A stretch of 29,604 nucleotides of DNA from the IMG/VR virus record IMGVR_UViG_3300025490_000005, positions 1-29,604 of that record; one strand, written 5' to 3'. The notes under the pieces were generated by a model that did not search any database, was not told where the DNA came from, and saw nothing but the letters and a program-made list of their open reading frames with translations. The translations under genes were made by a program, and so were the position numbers. The stretch comes from a virus. Taxonomy: Duplodnaviria > Caudoviricetes. Positions 18,402 through 26,756 of the stretch are shown here, piece after piece (position 1 is the first letter of the stretch; each line of letters opens with the position of its first letter).

Positions 18402-18428
18402 AAAAAAGACCCCATGTTGTGAGGTCTT
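18402..18428 (-). terminator. Intrinsic terminator after higA
   Basis: AAGACCTCA-CAACA-TGGGGTCTT-TTTT. Confidence 0.7.
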
Positions 18429-18462
18429 ATTCATCTTTTTTTACTTGTGCCTTATTGACAAA

Positions 18463-19569
18463 TTATTCTATTGTTTTTTCGATTCCGTCCAGCTCATACT
18501 TGATTTTCTCGTGAGCATATTGATGATACTCAAGGTGCTTGTCACGCTGCAATCTGCCGATCAAGATATAGGCGGGAATCTTCTGTTTAGAGCAGAGCTG
18601 GTGAATGTGAGACAGCGAATAATCGCCGGTTTCTACAAAATGGTTATACATATCTTCTGCGATTAGTGTATTGGCTGCAAATTCATCTGCTCGGTCTTCT
18701 ATTTCATTTTTTGTATCCTCATAGTCGATGAGCCGATCCTCTATATCCCTATTGAGAATGTGCCCGATTTCATGAAAAAGCGTAAACCAAAAGACATCCG
18801 CAAACTTGCGCCTTAATGTCATGATTAGATTGAGGCTACCATCATTGTTTTTCTTGATGACACCCTGCACAGGTGCTCCAGTGAAATGCTTGACTATGGC
18901 AAATTTAATCCCGCACTCTGCAAAATACTCCTTCAGTCTTACATGAATCGTATTCGCATCTTCAAACGTGAGATGTCGAATTAAATGCAGTTTGCTCTTT
19001 AGTCTATCGATATTCAGCTCTTGGATTACCTTCTGGTTTTTTGTGATTAGATCGCAAATTCTAAGCCAGGTAAATAGAACATATGGATCCACATTATCCG
19101 CCACTGCCAAACGATACGCCCCGGTCTGTGATATTTCAGGAATTCGTACCAAACTGCTGACGTTTAACAGCTTTCGCCACTCAATGACAAGCATCGAACC
19201 TTGGGCATCAGGGTCAAGCAGACGGATATCCTGAGCGTACTCAGTGATGCTTTTCAATTTTTGCAGGATCGCCAATTCTTCACTTGAAATCTGGTTAATC
19301 TCTTCAAAATCAGCGAGTTCCTTCTCGTAGTTTGCCTGGAGATTGACCCAAAAGCTTGCATCTACCCCCAACGCATACTCCAATTTTTTAGCAAAAGTAA
19401 CAGAGATTGGTTTTTGACAATTCACGATGCCACTAATGTGTGGCTCTTTCACATCCGTTCTCATTGCTAACTCTCGTTGCGTCATATCCCTATCTTCCAG
19501 CATTTCTCTTAACGTTTCTCCCGGATGAATGATAAAGTCACGGGATAAGCCAATCGTTTTTTCTGCCAT
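18463..19569 (-). CDS. higA: HigA-family antitoxin HTH fused to ImmA/IrrE-type zinc metallopeptidase domain
   Basis: IIHPGETLREML...FWVNLQANY (HigA signature); FTLFHEIGH (HExxH) and EDRADEFA. Confidence 0.88.
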   Translation of the reverse strand: MAEKTIGLSRDFIIHPGETLREMLEDRDMTQRELAMRTDVKEPHISGIVNCQKPISVTFAKKLEYALGVDASFWVNLQANYEKELADFEEINQISSEELAILQKLKSITEYAQDIRLLDPDAQGSMLVIEWRKLLNVSSLVRIPEISQTGAYRLAVADNVDPYVLFTWLRICDLITKNQKVIQELNIDRLKSKLHLIRHLTFEDANTIHVRLKEYFAECGIKFAIVKHFTGAPVQGVIKKNNDGSLNLIMTLRRKFADVFWFTLFHEIGHILNRDIEDRLIDYEDTKNEIEDRADEFAANTLIAEDMYNHFVETGDYSLSHIHQLCSKQKIPAYILIGRLQRDKHLEYHQYAHEKIKYELDGIEKTIE

Positions 19570-19885
19570 GATAATCCATCACCCCCTTAATAACCACAGT
19601 CTTGCACTCTTTCAAAGCTTCTGGTTCCAAGCTTTCGGCATCGGGCTTCATAATCAGTCTCACATTTCCAGTAATAGTTACTCCGTAATAACCCTTTAGG
19701 TTTTCATACAATGGGTGCGGCTTTCCAAGTCCTGTCGTCAAATAGATGCTAAAATTTAACGCTGCCCTCAATTGATCCAGCCTCTTTTTGGTTGCCCTAG
19801 CTCTATCCATTCCGATCTCTTTCTTCATCAAGTCAAAGTCATTGAAAATATCACGAACTGATTCGCTTTCGTACTTAATAAGCAC
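19538..19885 (-). CDS. higB: HigB/RelE-family toxin
   Basis: KPHPLYENLKGYYGVTITGNVRLI...MDYH; toxin-first order overlapping higA; start probably GTG 19885 (track gives 19903). Confidence 0.8.
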   Translation of the reverse strand: MLIKYESESVRDIFNDFDLMKKEIGMDRARATKKRLDQLRAALNFSIYLTTGLGKPHPLYENLKGYYGVTITGNVRLIMKPDAESLEPEALKECKTVVIKGVMDYHGRKNDWLIP

Positions 19886-19903
19886 CTTGTTCGACCACCA
19901 CAC

Positions 19904-19939
19904 TTAACCTTTTAGTTAACTTAACTTATGGGTTAAGTT
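19904..19939. promoter_or_regulatory. Two tandem TTAAC-N6-GTTAA palindromes, probable HigA operators
   Basis: 19904-19919 and 19921-19936; the second extends to AACTTAAC-N6-GTTAAGTT; both lie at or downstream of the predicted start site. Confidence 0.75.
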
Positions 19940-19940
19940 G

Positions 19941-19969
19941 AGTATAGGTTATTTTGAACATCTTTGCAA
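19941..19969 (-). promoter_or_regulatory. Sigma-A/70 promoter for higBA
   Basis: TTGCAA-17 nt-TATACT. Confidence 0.75.
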
Positions 19970-20041
19970 GGCATTATTACAAAAAATTTTCTTATCGTTA
20001 ACAGATGAATAATGAAACCATGTTTCTTGCCGGTTCTGCTT

Positions 20042-20299
20042 TTAACCGCCTGGCAGGATGTCAACAAGGGAGATTTCCTTTTCCAAACTCTTCTCAAGCT
20101 GGATTAGGGCCTTTAAATAGAACTCTCCTTTTTGCAGGTCCTGCACGCCGCCTTTATGTTTATAGCGCCACAGGTATTTCATGCAGTTGCCCCTAAGATA
20201 TCCGGCAAACGCCTCAGCTGTCATGGAGGCACGTATGGCGTCAATACATTCAATGGTGCCGCTTGTATAATGTTTCGGGTGATTGACCTCATCAGACAC
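20042..20299 (-). CDS. DUF3310 / SaV-like protein
   Basis: VNHPKHY, IECIDAI, GNCMKYLWRY..KGGVQDLQK; GTG 20299 overlapping the terL stop. Confidence 0.85.
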   Translation of the reverse strand: MSDEVNHPKHYTSGTIECIDAIRASMTAEAFAGYLRGNCMKYLWRYKHKGGVQDLQKGEFYLKALIQLEKSLEKEISLVDILPGG

Positions 20300-21893
20300 T
20301 CCAAATCCCCCTTTCGTCATAGATGCTGCCGCCGGTATTGCCGGAACCGCAGCGGATGGCTCTATCCAGCGCCATAATGGTAGCCACCGCGCCATCAATC
20401 CTTTCTGTGCTTTTTTCTTTGTCCGGCTTAATGTTGCCGGCCGGGTCAGTGCGGATGAAGATATTGTCCATCATCCAGCGCAAGACCGGATGCCCGCCAT
20501 GGGCGATTTTTTCCTCCAAGGTCAGCTTCATCAGCTCCTTTGTAGGCGGCGACATATCCTTAAAGCCCTGCCCGAAAGGAACAACCGTGAAGCCAAGGCC
20601 CTCAAGGTTTTGTGTCATCTGCACCGCGCCCCAGCGGTCAAAGGCGATCTCGCGGATGTTGTAGCGCTTGCCAAGCTCATCAATGAAGCGCTCGATGAAG
20701 CCGTAATGCACGACGTTGCCCTCGGTGGTCAGCAAATATCCCTGCTTCTCCCAGAGGTCGTACTGCACATGGTCGCGCCGTACCCGCAGGCTGATATTGT
20801 TCTCCGGCATCCAGAAGAAGGGAAGAACGGCATATTTGTCGTCCTCATCCGCCGGCGGGAACACCAACACAAAGGCGGTGATGTCGGTAGTGGAGGAAAG
20901 GTCTAGCCCGCCGTAGCAAACCCGCCCCTCAAGGCTTGCTGAATCTATCGGAAAAGCGCAGGCGTCCCATTTCGCCATTGGCATCCAGCGGACGGCCTGC
21001 TTGACAGGCTGGTTGAGATGGAACTGTCTGAAATGGTTCTCCTCCGCCGGATTTTGTTTTGCTGATTCACACATCGAACGAAGGTATTCCTCCTTGACGG
21101 TGATCCCGAGTGACGGGTTGGACATTTTCCATACCTTGGGGTCTGTCCAGTCAGCATCCTCCGGCGTACTGAATACGACAGGATAAAAAGTCGGATCTGT
21201 CTTGCGGCCATGGAGAATATCCAGAGCCTTGGCATACACCTCATAACAGATTGAGTTTGTATCGGAGCTGACAGTCGTAATGACGAAATTTAGCGGTTGC
21301 CTCCTTGCCGCGCCGGCGCCCTTTGTCATTACATCGTAGAGTTCGCGGTCTTTTTGACCGAGCAGTTCATCAAATACCGTCGCGTGTATGTTCAGTCCGA
21401 ATTTTGTCGACACCTCGCTCGACAAGGCTTGGTAGTAGCTGCGCGTCGGGTGATAGATGATGCGTTTTGTGGAATCGAGCAGCTTCACACGCCGCTGAAG
21501 CGCCGGAGGCGCCAGCCGGCACATATCCCGCGCCACATCAAAGACGATGGCGCTTTGTTTGCGGTCGTTTGCGCAGCCGTAGACCTCGGCGGCTTCTTCG
21601 CCGTCTGCGCAGAGCATATACAGCGCGACGGCGGCCGCAAGTTCGCTTTTACCGCTTTTTTTGCTGCAGGTTATGAAAGCGGTAGTAAACTGGCGGTTCC
21701 CGTCCGTCTTAATGACGCCAAAGATATCCCGGATAATCTGTTCCTGCCACGGCAGCAGCACAAACTGTTTCCCTGACCATTCGCCCTTCGTATGACAAAG
21801 CAGTTTGATGAAGTCTACCGCGTGGTCAGCGCGCTCTTTGTCATACCGCGAAGTCGGCAGCATAAAACGGGTGGGGGTAAACTTTTTAGCCAT
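20292..21893 (-). CDS. terL: Terminase large subunit
   Basis: LLPWQ, KKSGKSE (Walker A), VFDE (Walker B), GGLDLSST, FDRW, RIDGAVA; ATG 21893 with GGAGG SD. Confidence 0.95.
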   Translation of the reverse strand: MAKKFTPTRFMLPTSRYDKERADHAVDFIKLLCHTKGEWSGKQFVLLPWQEQIIRDIFGVIKTDGNRQFTTAFITCSKKSGKSELAAAVALYMLCADGEEAAEVYGCANDRKQSAIVFDVARDMCRLAPPALQRRVKLLDSTKRIIYHPTRSYYQALSSEVSTKFGLNIHATVFDELLGQKDRELYDVMTKGAGAARRQPLNFVITTVSSDTNSICYEVYAKALDILHGRKTDPTFYPVVFSTPEDADWTDPKVWKMSNPSLGITVKEEYLRSMCESAKQNPAEENHFRQFHLNQPVKQAVRWMPMAKWDACAFPIDSASLEGRVCYGGLDLSSTTDITAFVLVFPPADEDDKYAVLPFFWMPENNISLRVRRDHVQYDLWEKQGYLLTTEGNVVHYGFIERFIDELGKRYNIREIAFDRWGAVQMTQNLEGLGFTVVPFGQGFKDMSPPTKELMKLTLEEKIAHGGHPVLRWMMDNIFIRTDPAGNIKPDKEKSTERIDGAVATIMALDRAIRCGSGNTGGSIYDERGIWSV

Positions 21894-21916
21894 ACTGCCG
21901 CCTCCGTTCCCAAAAC

Positions 21917-21960
21917 GGGCAAAAGAAAAGAGCCTCCAAGGAAGCCCCTTGCCTTTGCCC
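21917..21960 (-). terminator. Terminator-like hairpin just upstream of terL
   Basis: AAGGGGCTTCC-TT-GGAGGCTCTT-TTCTTTT, enclosed by GGGCAAA...TTTGCCC. Confidence 0.55.
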
Positions 21961-21969
21961 ATTTATAAG

Positions 21970-22152
21970 TTATTCATCCGCCTCACCTGTCAGGATAAAG
22001 CGGCTGTATGCGGCCTTGTGTTCCTCCAGGTAACACACCAGCTCGTAGAAGCCGCGCAAGAATGCTTCGCGCTGGACGCGGTTTACGTCAAACATGTTGG
22101 TGGAGCCGCTTGCCCGGATGGAGAGGATTTGCTCTTTCACCTTATCAGTCAT
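21970..22152 (-). CDS. DUF5049-like small phage protein
   Basis: VKEQILSIRASGSTNMFD...YSRFILTG. Confidence 0.8.
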   Translation of the reverse strand: MTDKVKEQILSIRASGSTNMFDVNRVQREAFLRGFYELVCYLEEHKAAYSRFILTGEADE

Positions 22153-22409
22153 GGGCTGTTTGCTCCTTTTTTGTCCGATAGCTTTTCCACTCGCACTACA
22201 TAATCCTCACCATACACCACGCCGAGGGTGGAGCCAGAGTCCCAGATACAAAATATGGTTCCAGCGTCGTCGACAAAATCAACGAACCCCTTGTTGCCTG
22301 GCTTCAGATCAGAGTATGGGTCGTTAATCCTGACAAGTTCCACTCTGGTGCCTTGAGGATACTCTTTGCGCAGGCGCTCCACCGTCTCCTTAGAGGGGAA
22401 CTTAGGCAT
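22149..22409 (-). CDS. DUF4314-like small phage protein
   Basis: YPQGTRVEL...VDDAGTI...WDSGSTLGVVYGED. Confidence 0.82.
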   Translation of the reverse strand: MPKFPSKETVERLRKEYPQGTRVELVRINDPYSDLKPGNKGFVDFVDDAGTIFCIWDSGSTLGVVYGEDYVVRVEKLSDKKGANSP

Positions 22410-23286
22410 CGGCGTCCACCTCCGCCTTAGACCGGGCGCCGCTCTTAAAAGCTGAGCTTCCGGAGAGATTTTTCAATAAAATTTTCCGCGCGTCCACATA
22501 CTCTCGACCCACAAAGCCGAGTCGGATGAGGAAGCATCTCATGGCGTACTTTTCGTTCTCCACCGCCTTTTCCCTGCCGGTTACACGCTTCTGGATTTTC
22601 GCGGCCGCATAAAGTGCACCGATAAAGCGGGAGTAGGCTGCGACTGTTGCGCCGTCTATGCCAAACTTAAACCATGGAAACCTGAGCGTCGTTTCCGTGC
22701 GCTCGATAGGGAGTGCTTCCGCGCCGATAGCTTTCTTAATCAGCGCCGCTTTGCTTGCAATTAGCCGCTCGAGGTTCTCCAGCGCCGCATCAGTAAAGCC
22801 CGCAAGCGGCATCTCAATAGTGAGCGTGTCGCAGTGGTCGTCGGGGTCAACTTCCTCTTCCTCGGTAACAGTCATTTGCAGTTCGTCAACGGCAGAAATA
22901 TCATCCCCGCCGTACTGCCCGCGATTTGAGTAATCGGGGACGTTTGCGTCTTCAAGTTTCATGCGGCGCATTTCGCTTTCTGCCCAAAACTCGTTTAGCT
23001 CTTCAATGGATGGTTTCGCAGTCATCCCGCCAAGGCCGCTCTCGTAGGTATCGGGGTTGTCATATTCGCGTTCTGCTGCTTCAAAGCCGTGGAGAGCATG
23101 TAGGCCAGACTCAAGGTCAAGGTTGTCTGGACCTGTAACCACGCCGTTCTTGTCGATGTGGTAGCCGCCTACCTCGTAGCAAAATGTCGGAGCTGCCTTG
23201 TAGACAGGCTCCGAGCCAATAATTTCAGCTACTGCCTTGACCAGTTCCTTGCGGCGCGCGCCAATAACGTTGTACTTTAAATCCAT
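22402..23286 (-). CDS. Conserved phage protein (often labelled virulence-related), function unknown
   Basis: RKELVKA, NEKYAMRCFLIRLGFVG.EY...RKILLKNLSGSSAFK; ATG 23286 with AAGGAGG SD. Confidence 0.75.
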   Translation of the reverse strand: MDLKYNVIGARRKELVKAVAEIIGSEPVYKAAPTFCYEVGGYHIDKNGVVTGPDNLDLESGLHALHGFEAAEREYDNPDTYESGLGGMTAKPSIEELNEFWAESEMRRMKLEDANVPDYSNRGQYGGDDISAVDELQMTVTEEEEVDPDDHCDTLTIEMPLAGFTDAALENLERLIASKAALIKKAIGAEALPIERTETTLRFPWFKFGIDGATVAAYSRFIGALYAAAKIQKRVTGREKAVENEKYAMRCFLIRLGFVGREYVDARKILLKNLSGSSAFKSGARSKAEVDADA

Positions 23287-23317
23287 TTTGTAAGCCTCCT
23301 TAATTTCTTTGGTGCTT

Positions 23318-23351
23318 ACATAGATCACTCTAAAGCTGTAAATTAGCAAGT
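23318..23351 (-). promoter_or_regulatory. Upstream motif, copy 2
   Basis: ACTTGCTAATTTACAGCTTTAGAGTGATCTATGT upstream of the SD of the 23286 gene. Confidence 0.55.
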
Positions 23352-24238
23352 TATATCTTTGACATGTGTGTATATTGGCTACGGTAATCCTCCCACAGTA
23401 CCGACTTGAAAATAGCCTTATGGTTAACCCACCGTGCGAAAGCTTTCTGTTCCTTCGTGGGTTCGATATTTGTCCGGAAGTCTCGGTATGGCTGTGCAAA
23501 CGGGTCTACGTTCAACCCTTTCAAAAAGCGAACGCGCTCCAGGGCCTCGGGGATGTCTTTAACGAGAACATATACAAAATAGGCACGCGGCGTGGCGTTG
23601 TACCAGCGCAGCAAGTTAACCGCTTTTTGTATATAGGGCATCATCGCTTGGCTATCACAGGCAAGACGGATCGGCGTCAGCCACTTGACCTTCGCTAGAA
23701 GTCGAGCCGTTGCGTCGTCAATCAGACGGGCATCCAGCCCCTGATTAAAATCCACGCGCAGTCCCAATCCAGCAATCTTTTCAAGCTGACTGATTCCATG
23801 ATCATGGGCTAGCACATTGTTGTCCATCAGAACTACGTCTCGATGCTTGGCAAAATCGGTAATATCAGCATGATCCTGAATCGGCCCTTCCTTTTCAGGG
23901 ACAATGCACCACCCACAGTTTCGAATGCAACCACGCGTCAGGAAGCCCAACGAATAATCGAGATCATACAAATCATAATCCGGACACAGGTGCTCAACCT
24001 CATCAGGCAAAGCCACTTTCAGATTGATACCCGAACCGCCTACTTCAACCCAGTCAGGTAATTCCGGCATGAGCGTAAAGGAAAAGACCTTGCTTGCGAA
24101 ACCGCAGTCAAAGTCTTTTATATTATCCGGTGTTGCCAATTTGACCTCATGACCTGTTGCCTTAAAGTGTGCCGACAGCTTCATTAGCGCCAGGTTGGGG
24201 TAATTGTGGCCGTCAATATCAACCAGTCCGACTCTCAT
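23351..24238 (-). CDS. Radical SAM domain protein
   Basis: TRGCIRNCGWC (CxxxCxxC), VLMDNN, DFNQGLDARL. Confidence 0.88.
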   Translation of the reverse strand: MRVGLVDIDGHNYPNLALMKLSAHFKATGHEVKLATPDNIKDFDCGFASKVFSFTLMPELPDWVEVGGSGINLKVALPDEVEHLCPDYDLYDLDYSLGFLTRGCIRNCGWCIVPEKEGPIQDHADITDFAKHRDVVLMDNNVLAHDHGISQLEKIAGLGLRVDFNQGLDARLIDDATARLLAKVKWLTPIRLACDSQAMMPYIQKAVNLLRWYNATPRAYFVYVLVKDIPEALERVRFLKGLNVDPFAQPYRDFRTNIEPTKEQKAFARWVNHKAIFKSVLWEDYRSQYTHMSKI

Positions 24239-24270
24239 CCGCACCCACCTCGTTGTAAGAGAACAAAATT

Positions 24271-26148
24271 TTATTTATTGCCATGTTGCCCACCACCTTC
24301 TATTAATTCTACAATCCCGCCGAGGACAAAAATCACGCACGGTAAAGCCACCCCAGCGCCCCACATCTTATATTCTGCAGAATCGGAATATGGGTTCTGC
24401 AACCACTTAATTATCTGATTCCGGCTCTTTGGCTTTGAGGACACGCCCATAATAAGACGGTGGATTTCCCAGACTTCCGCCCAAAAAACGATATCCTCTT
24501 CGGTAGGCTCGGCAGTTTCCAAATCCGAGCACCACCAGTCGGGAAAGCCCTGCAGCCTGGCGCACTCTGTGGGCGTGAGCCTGCGAACGGTATACTGCGG
24601 CCGGTTCACAATTTGCACATCTTTATAGTCCCGTGCCAGCAGCGTGGCGGCTCTCTCCGCATGCACCTCGGCGAAGCTGCCCGTGGTCATGGCATAGGCC
24701 ACTGCATGGCGGTCGGCGGTGTTTAATGTGAAACTCACTTCATCGTTTACGCCGTCTCCCTGCGGACCGTTCTTTTCTTCGCGCCCGATCATGCTGCCCT
24801 GCAGGACGTATGTCTGCCGGGAAATGCCCGGCTCTGCAGCGATTGCGCTGGATTTGCCTTGCAAATCCCTTGCCTCATCCCGTTCCACAACGGCGATGCC
24901 GCCCTGATTGCAGGCCGGGTTGCCGCCGTTTTTGTCCAGCGTCCGGGAAGTGTCCGCTTCATAAATGCCGCTGTTAGGGTTAGCAGATTTCATGGCATTA
25001 CTGTCCTTGGAACAGATGCCGTAAGTTTTAGGCATGAACACCGTCTGCTCATTGTTGCAAGAAAGGGTGGCAGACATATCATCTTGAACCAGTGCGGATT
25101 TCCCGCCTCCATCACAGCCGGAGCGGATTTCCAGAGTCAACGGCACGTTGCCGCCGCCCGTCCCCATGCGTGAGGTCAGTGTTTGCACCTTGCCACTTGT
25201 GTCAAGGGTAACCCGGCTGTCGGTTGGATGGTTCTCAACCACGACTGCAAGCCGGTTGTCGCCCATGTCGGCTCGGAGCGTCCCGCATAGGCCTTTATCT
25301 GAATGCCCGCCCAGCCTTGAAGCTGCCCCCGGCTCGAACACGATGGGCTGATGCCCGTGTTCCTGGGCACGGAGCGTGGCGGTTAGTTCTTCCGTGACTG
25401 ACATACAAGAACCGCCCTGATCGTTTAAGACACGGACTGGCTCTCCAGTGCAATCCGCAAAACCTCCGGCAGTTCTTTGCCCCGGAGAGCTGCACGGCGC
25501 AAAATCCCTTGACACGCCTTCGGGCTCAAAGAGTATTTCTCCGGCGTATTCGCTTCCAAAATCTGCGACAAGATAGATTCTCTTGCGGCGTTGGGCGACT
25601 CCGAAAAATTGCGCGTCGATAGTTCTGTATGCCACGCTCCATCCGTTTCCCAAAAGTATGTCTGCGTAAGACCATCGGCCGTTCTCAGGCGCAGGCACCT
25701 CGGCTTCCGGCTCGGCGATCCGGATGATCGCTTCGAGGACTGCCTTGAAGTCGGCGCCTTTGTTTGAGGAAAACGCACCGGGTACGTTCTCCCAGAGGAT
25801 GAATCTTGGATTACGCCCATTTGTCGCGCACCTCATTTCCTTAATGATTCTGATTGCTTCATAAAAAAGAACGGATTGTTTTCCGTCCAGACCAGCTCGC
25901 TTGCCTGCGACCGACATATCAGTGCAGGGTGAGCCGAAGGAGATAATGTCTACAGGCTCAATCTTCGAGCCGCCAATCTGTCCAATGTCGCCGTAGTGCT
26001 TCATCTGCGGCAGGCGTTTGGTGGTCACCCTTATGGGAAAAGGCTCTATCTCTGATCCCCAGACAGGTATGATCCCATTTAAAACGGCTCCAAGCGGAAA
26101 GCCGCCGGAGCCGTCGAAGAGCGAGCCGAGGGTAAGCTGTCTATTCAT
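24271..26148 (-). CDS. C5-cytosine DNA methyltransferase with long variable region
   Basis: Motifs I FDGSGGF, IV GSPC, VI ENVPG, VIII QRRKRIY, IX RRLTPTECARLQGFP, X YKMWGAGV. Confidence 0.93.
   Translation of the reverse strand: MNRQLTLGSLFDGSGGFPLGAVLNGIIPVWGSEIEPFPIRVTTKRLPQMKHYGDIGQIGGSKIEPVDIISFGSPCTDMSVAGKRAGLDGKQSVLFYEAIRIIKEMRCATNGRNPRFILWENVPGAFSSNKGADFKAVLEAIIRIAEPEAEVPAPENGRWSYADILLGNGWSVAYRTIDAQFFGVAQRRKRIYLVADFGSEYAGEILFEPEGVSRDFAPCSSPGQRTAGGFADCTGEPVRVLNDQGGSCMSVTEELTATLRAQEHGHQPIVFEPGAASRLGGHSDKGLCGTLRADMGDNRLAVVVENHPTDSRVTLDTSGKVQTLTSRMGTGGGNVPLTLEIRSGCDGGGKSALVQDDMSATLSCNNEQTVFMPKTYGICSKDSNAMKSANPNSGIYEADTSRTLDKNGGNPACNQGGIAVVERDEARDLQGKSSAIAAEPGISRQTYVLQGSMIGREEKNGPQGDGVNDEVSFTLNTADRHAVAYAMTTGSFAEVHAERAATLLARDYKDVQIVNRPQYTVRRLTPTECARLQGFPDWWCSDLETAEPTEEDIVFWAEVWEIHRLIMGVSSKPKSRNQIIKWLQNPYSDSAEYKMWGAGVALPCVIFVLGGIVELIEGGGQHGNK
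25425..25820 (-). CDS. Nested alternative-frame ORF, candidate second subunit of the C5 methyltransferase
   Basis: ATG with GAGGTG SD 8 nt upstream; C-terminal LSQILEANTPEKYSLSPKACQGILRRA. Confidence 0.7.
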   Translation of the reverse strand: MGVIQDSSSGRTYPVRFPQTKAPTSRQSSKRSSGSPSRKPRCLRLRTADGLTQTYFWETDGAWHTELSTRNFSESPNAARESILSQILEANTPEKYSLSPKACQGILRRAALRGKELPEVLRIALESQSVS

Positions 26149-26756
26149 CTTGAATCCTCCATTTTAAAAGAAAAAACGCCCGTTACCGGACGCCAGTTTC
26201 GACGGACAACCATGTTCATGCACCGTTCATAAACCATAATCTTAACATTTTGTGAAGGTTCCGGCGCATTCTCGTTTAATCTGGCAAATTCCCCAAACAT
26301 AAGTTTTGCGGCATAATTATATGCCATAGCGCCTTCTCGTTCTGTTAGGAAAACGCCGAGGTGTATTGCTTTACCGTTATACTTAAGTCTCGTCTCCCAA
26401 CCGTTCTTTCCCTTACGTCGCAAAACACCTTTGTACTTTGATGTACACAATACGTTAGGTTTGCCTCGATTGAACGCGTTTGTCTGAGTGGTCGCTATGC
26501 GAAGGTTGGCACGACGATTGTCTAAACCGTTACCGTTTATGTGGTCTGTTGCCAGATCATCATCAACCTCAAGAATTTGGCGATGCATCGAGATCGTGTG
26601 TCGTGGTTTTCCACGCTGTCGGGGCAAGCTGCGAATAGCATATCCCCCGGACTGATAATTGTTGGGCTGAAATGCCCAGTTAAATTCGCTTAAAATCTCA
26701 AAATCCTCATCGTCCACTATCACACATTTTCCCCGCGTCAGTTGGATGGTTTTAAT
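26145..26756 (-). CDS. HNH endonuclease with AP2 DNA-binding domain (homing endonuclease-like)
   Basis: MHRQI...DHINGNGLDNRRANLR; SKYKGV...W...HLGVF.TEREGAMAYN; start at ATT 26756 or GTG 26723. Confidence 0.88.
   Translation of the reverse strand: MKTIQLTRGKCVIVDDEDFEILSEFNWAFQPNNYQSGGYAIRSLPRQRGKPRHTISMHRQILEVDDDLATDHINGNGLDNRRANLRIATTQTNAFNRGKPNVLCTSKYKGVLRRKGKNGWETRLKYNGKAIHLGVFLTEREGAMAYNYAAKLMFGEFARLNENAPEPSQNVKIMVYERCMNMVVRRNWRPVTGVFSFKMEDSR

Noticed and set aside
22402-23286. Virulence factor interpretation
   Set aside because: The family label is a legacy annotation; no signal peptide or toxin motif is visible.
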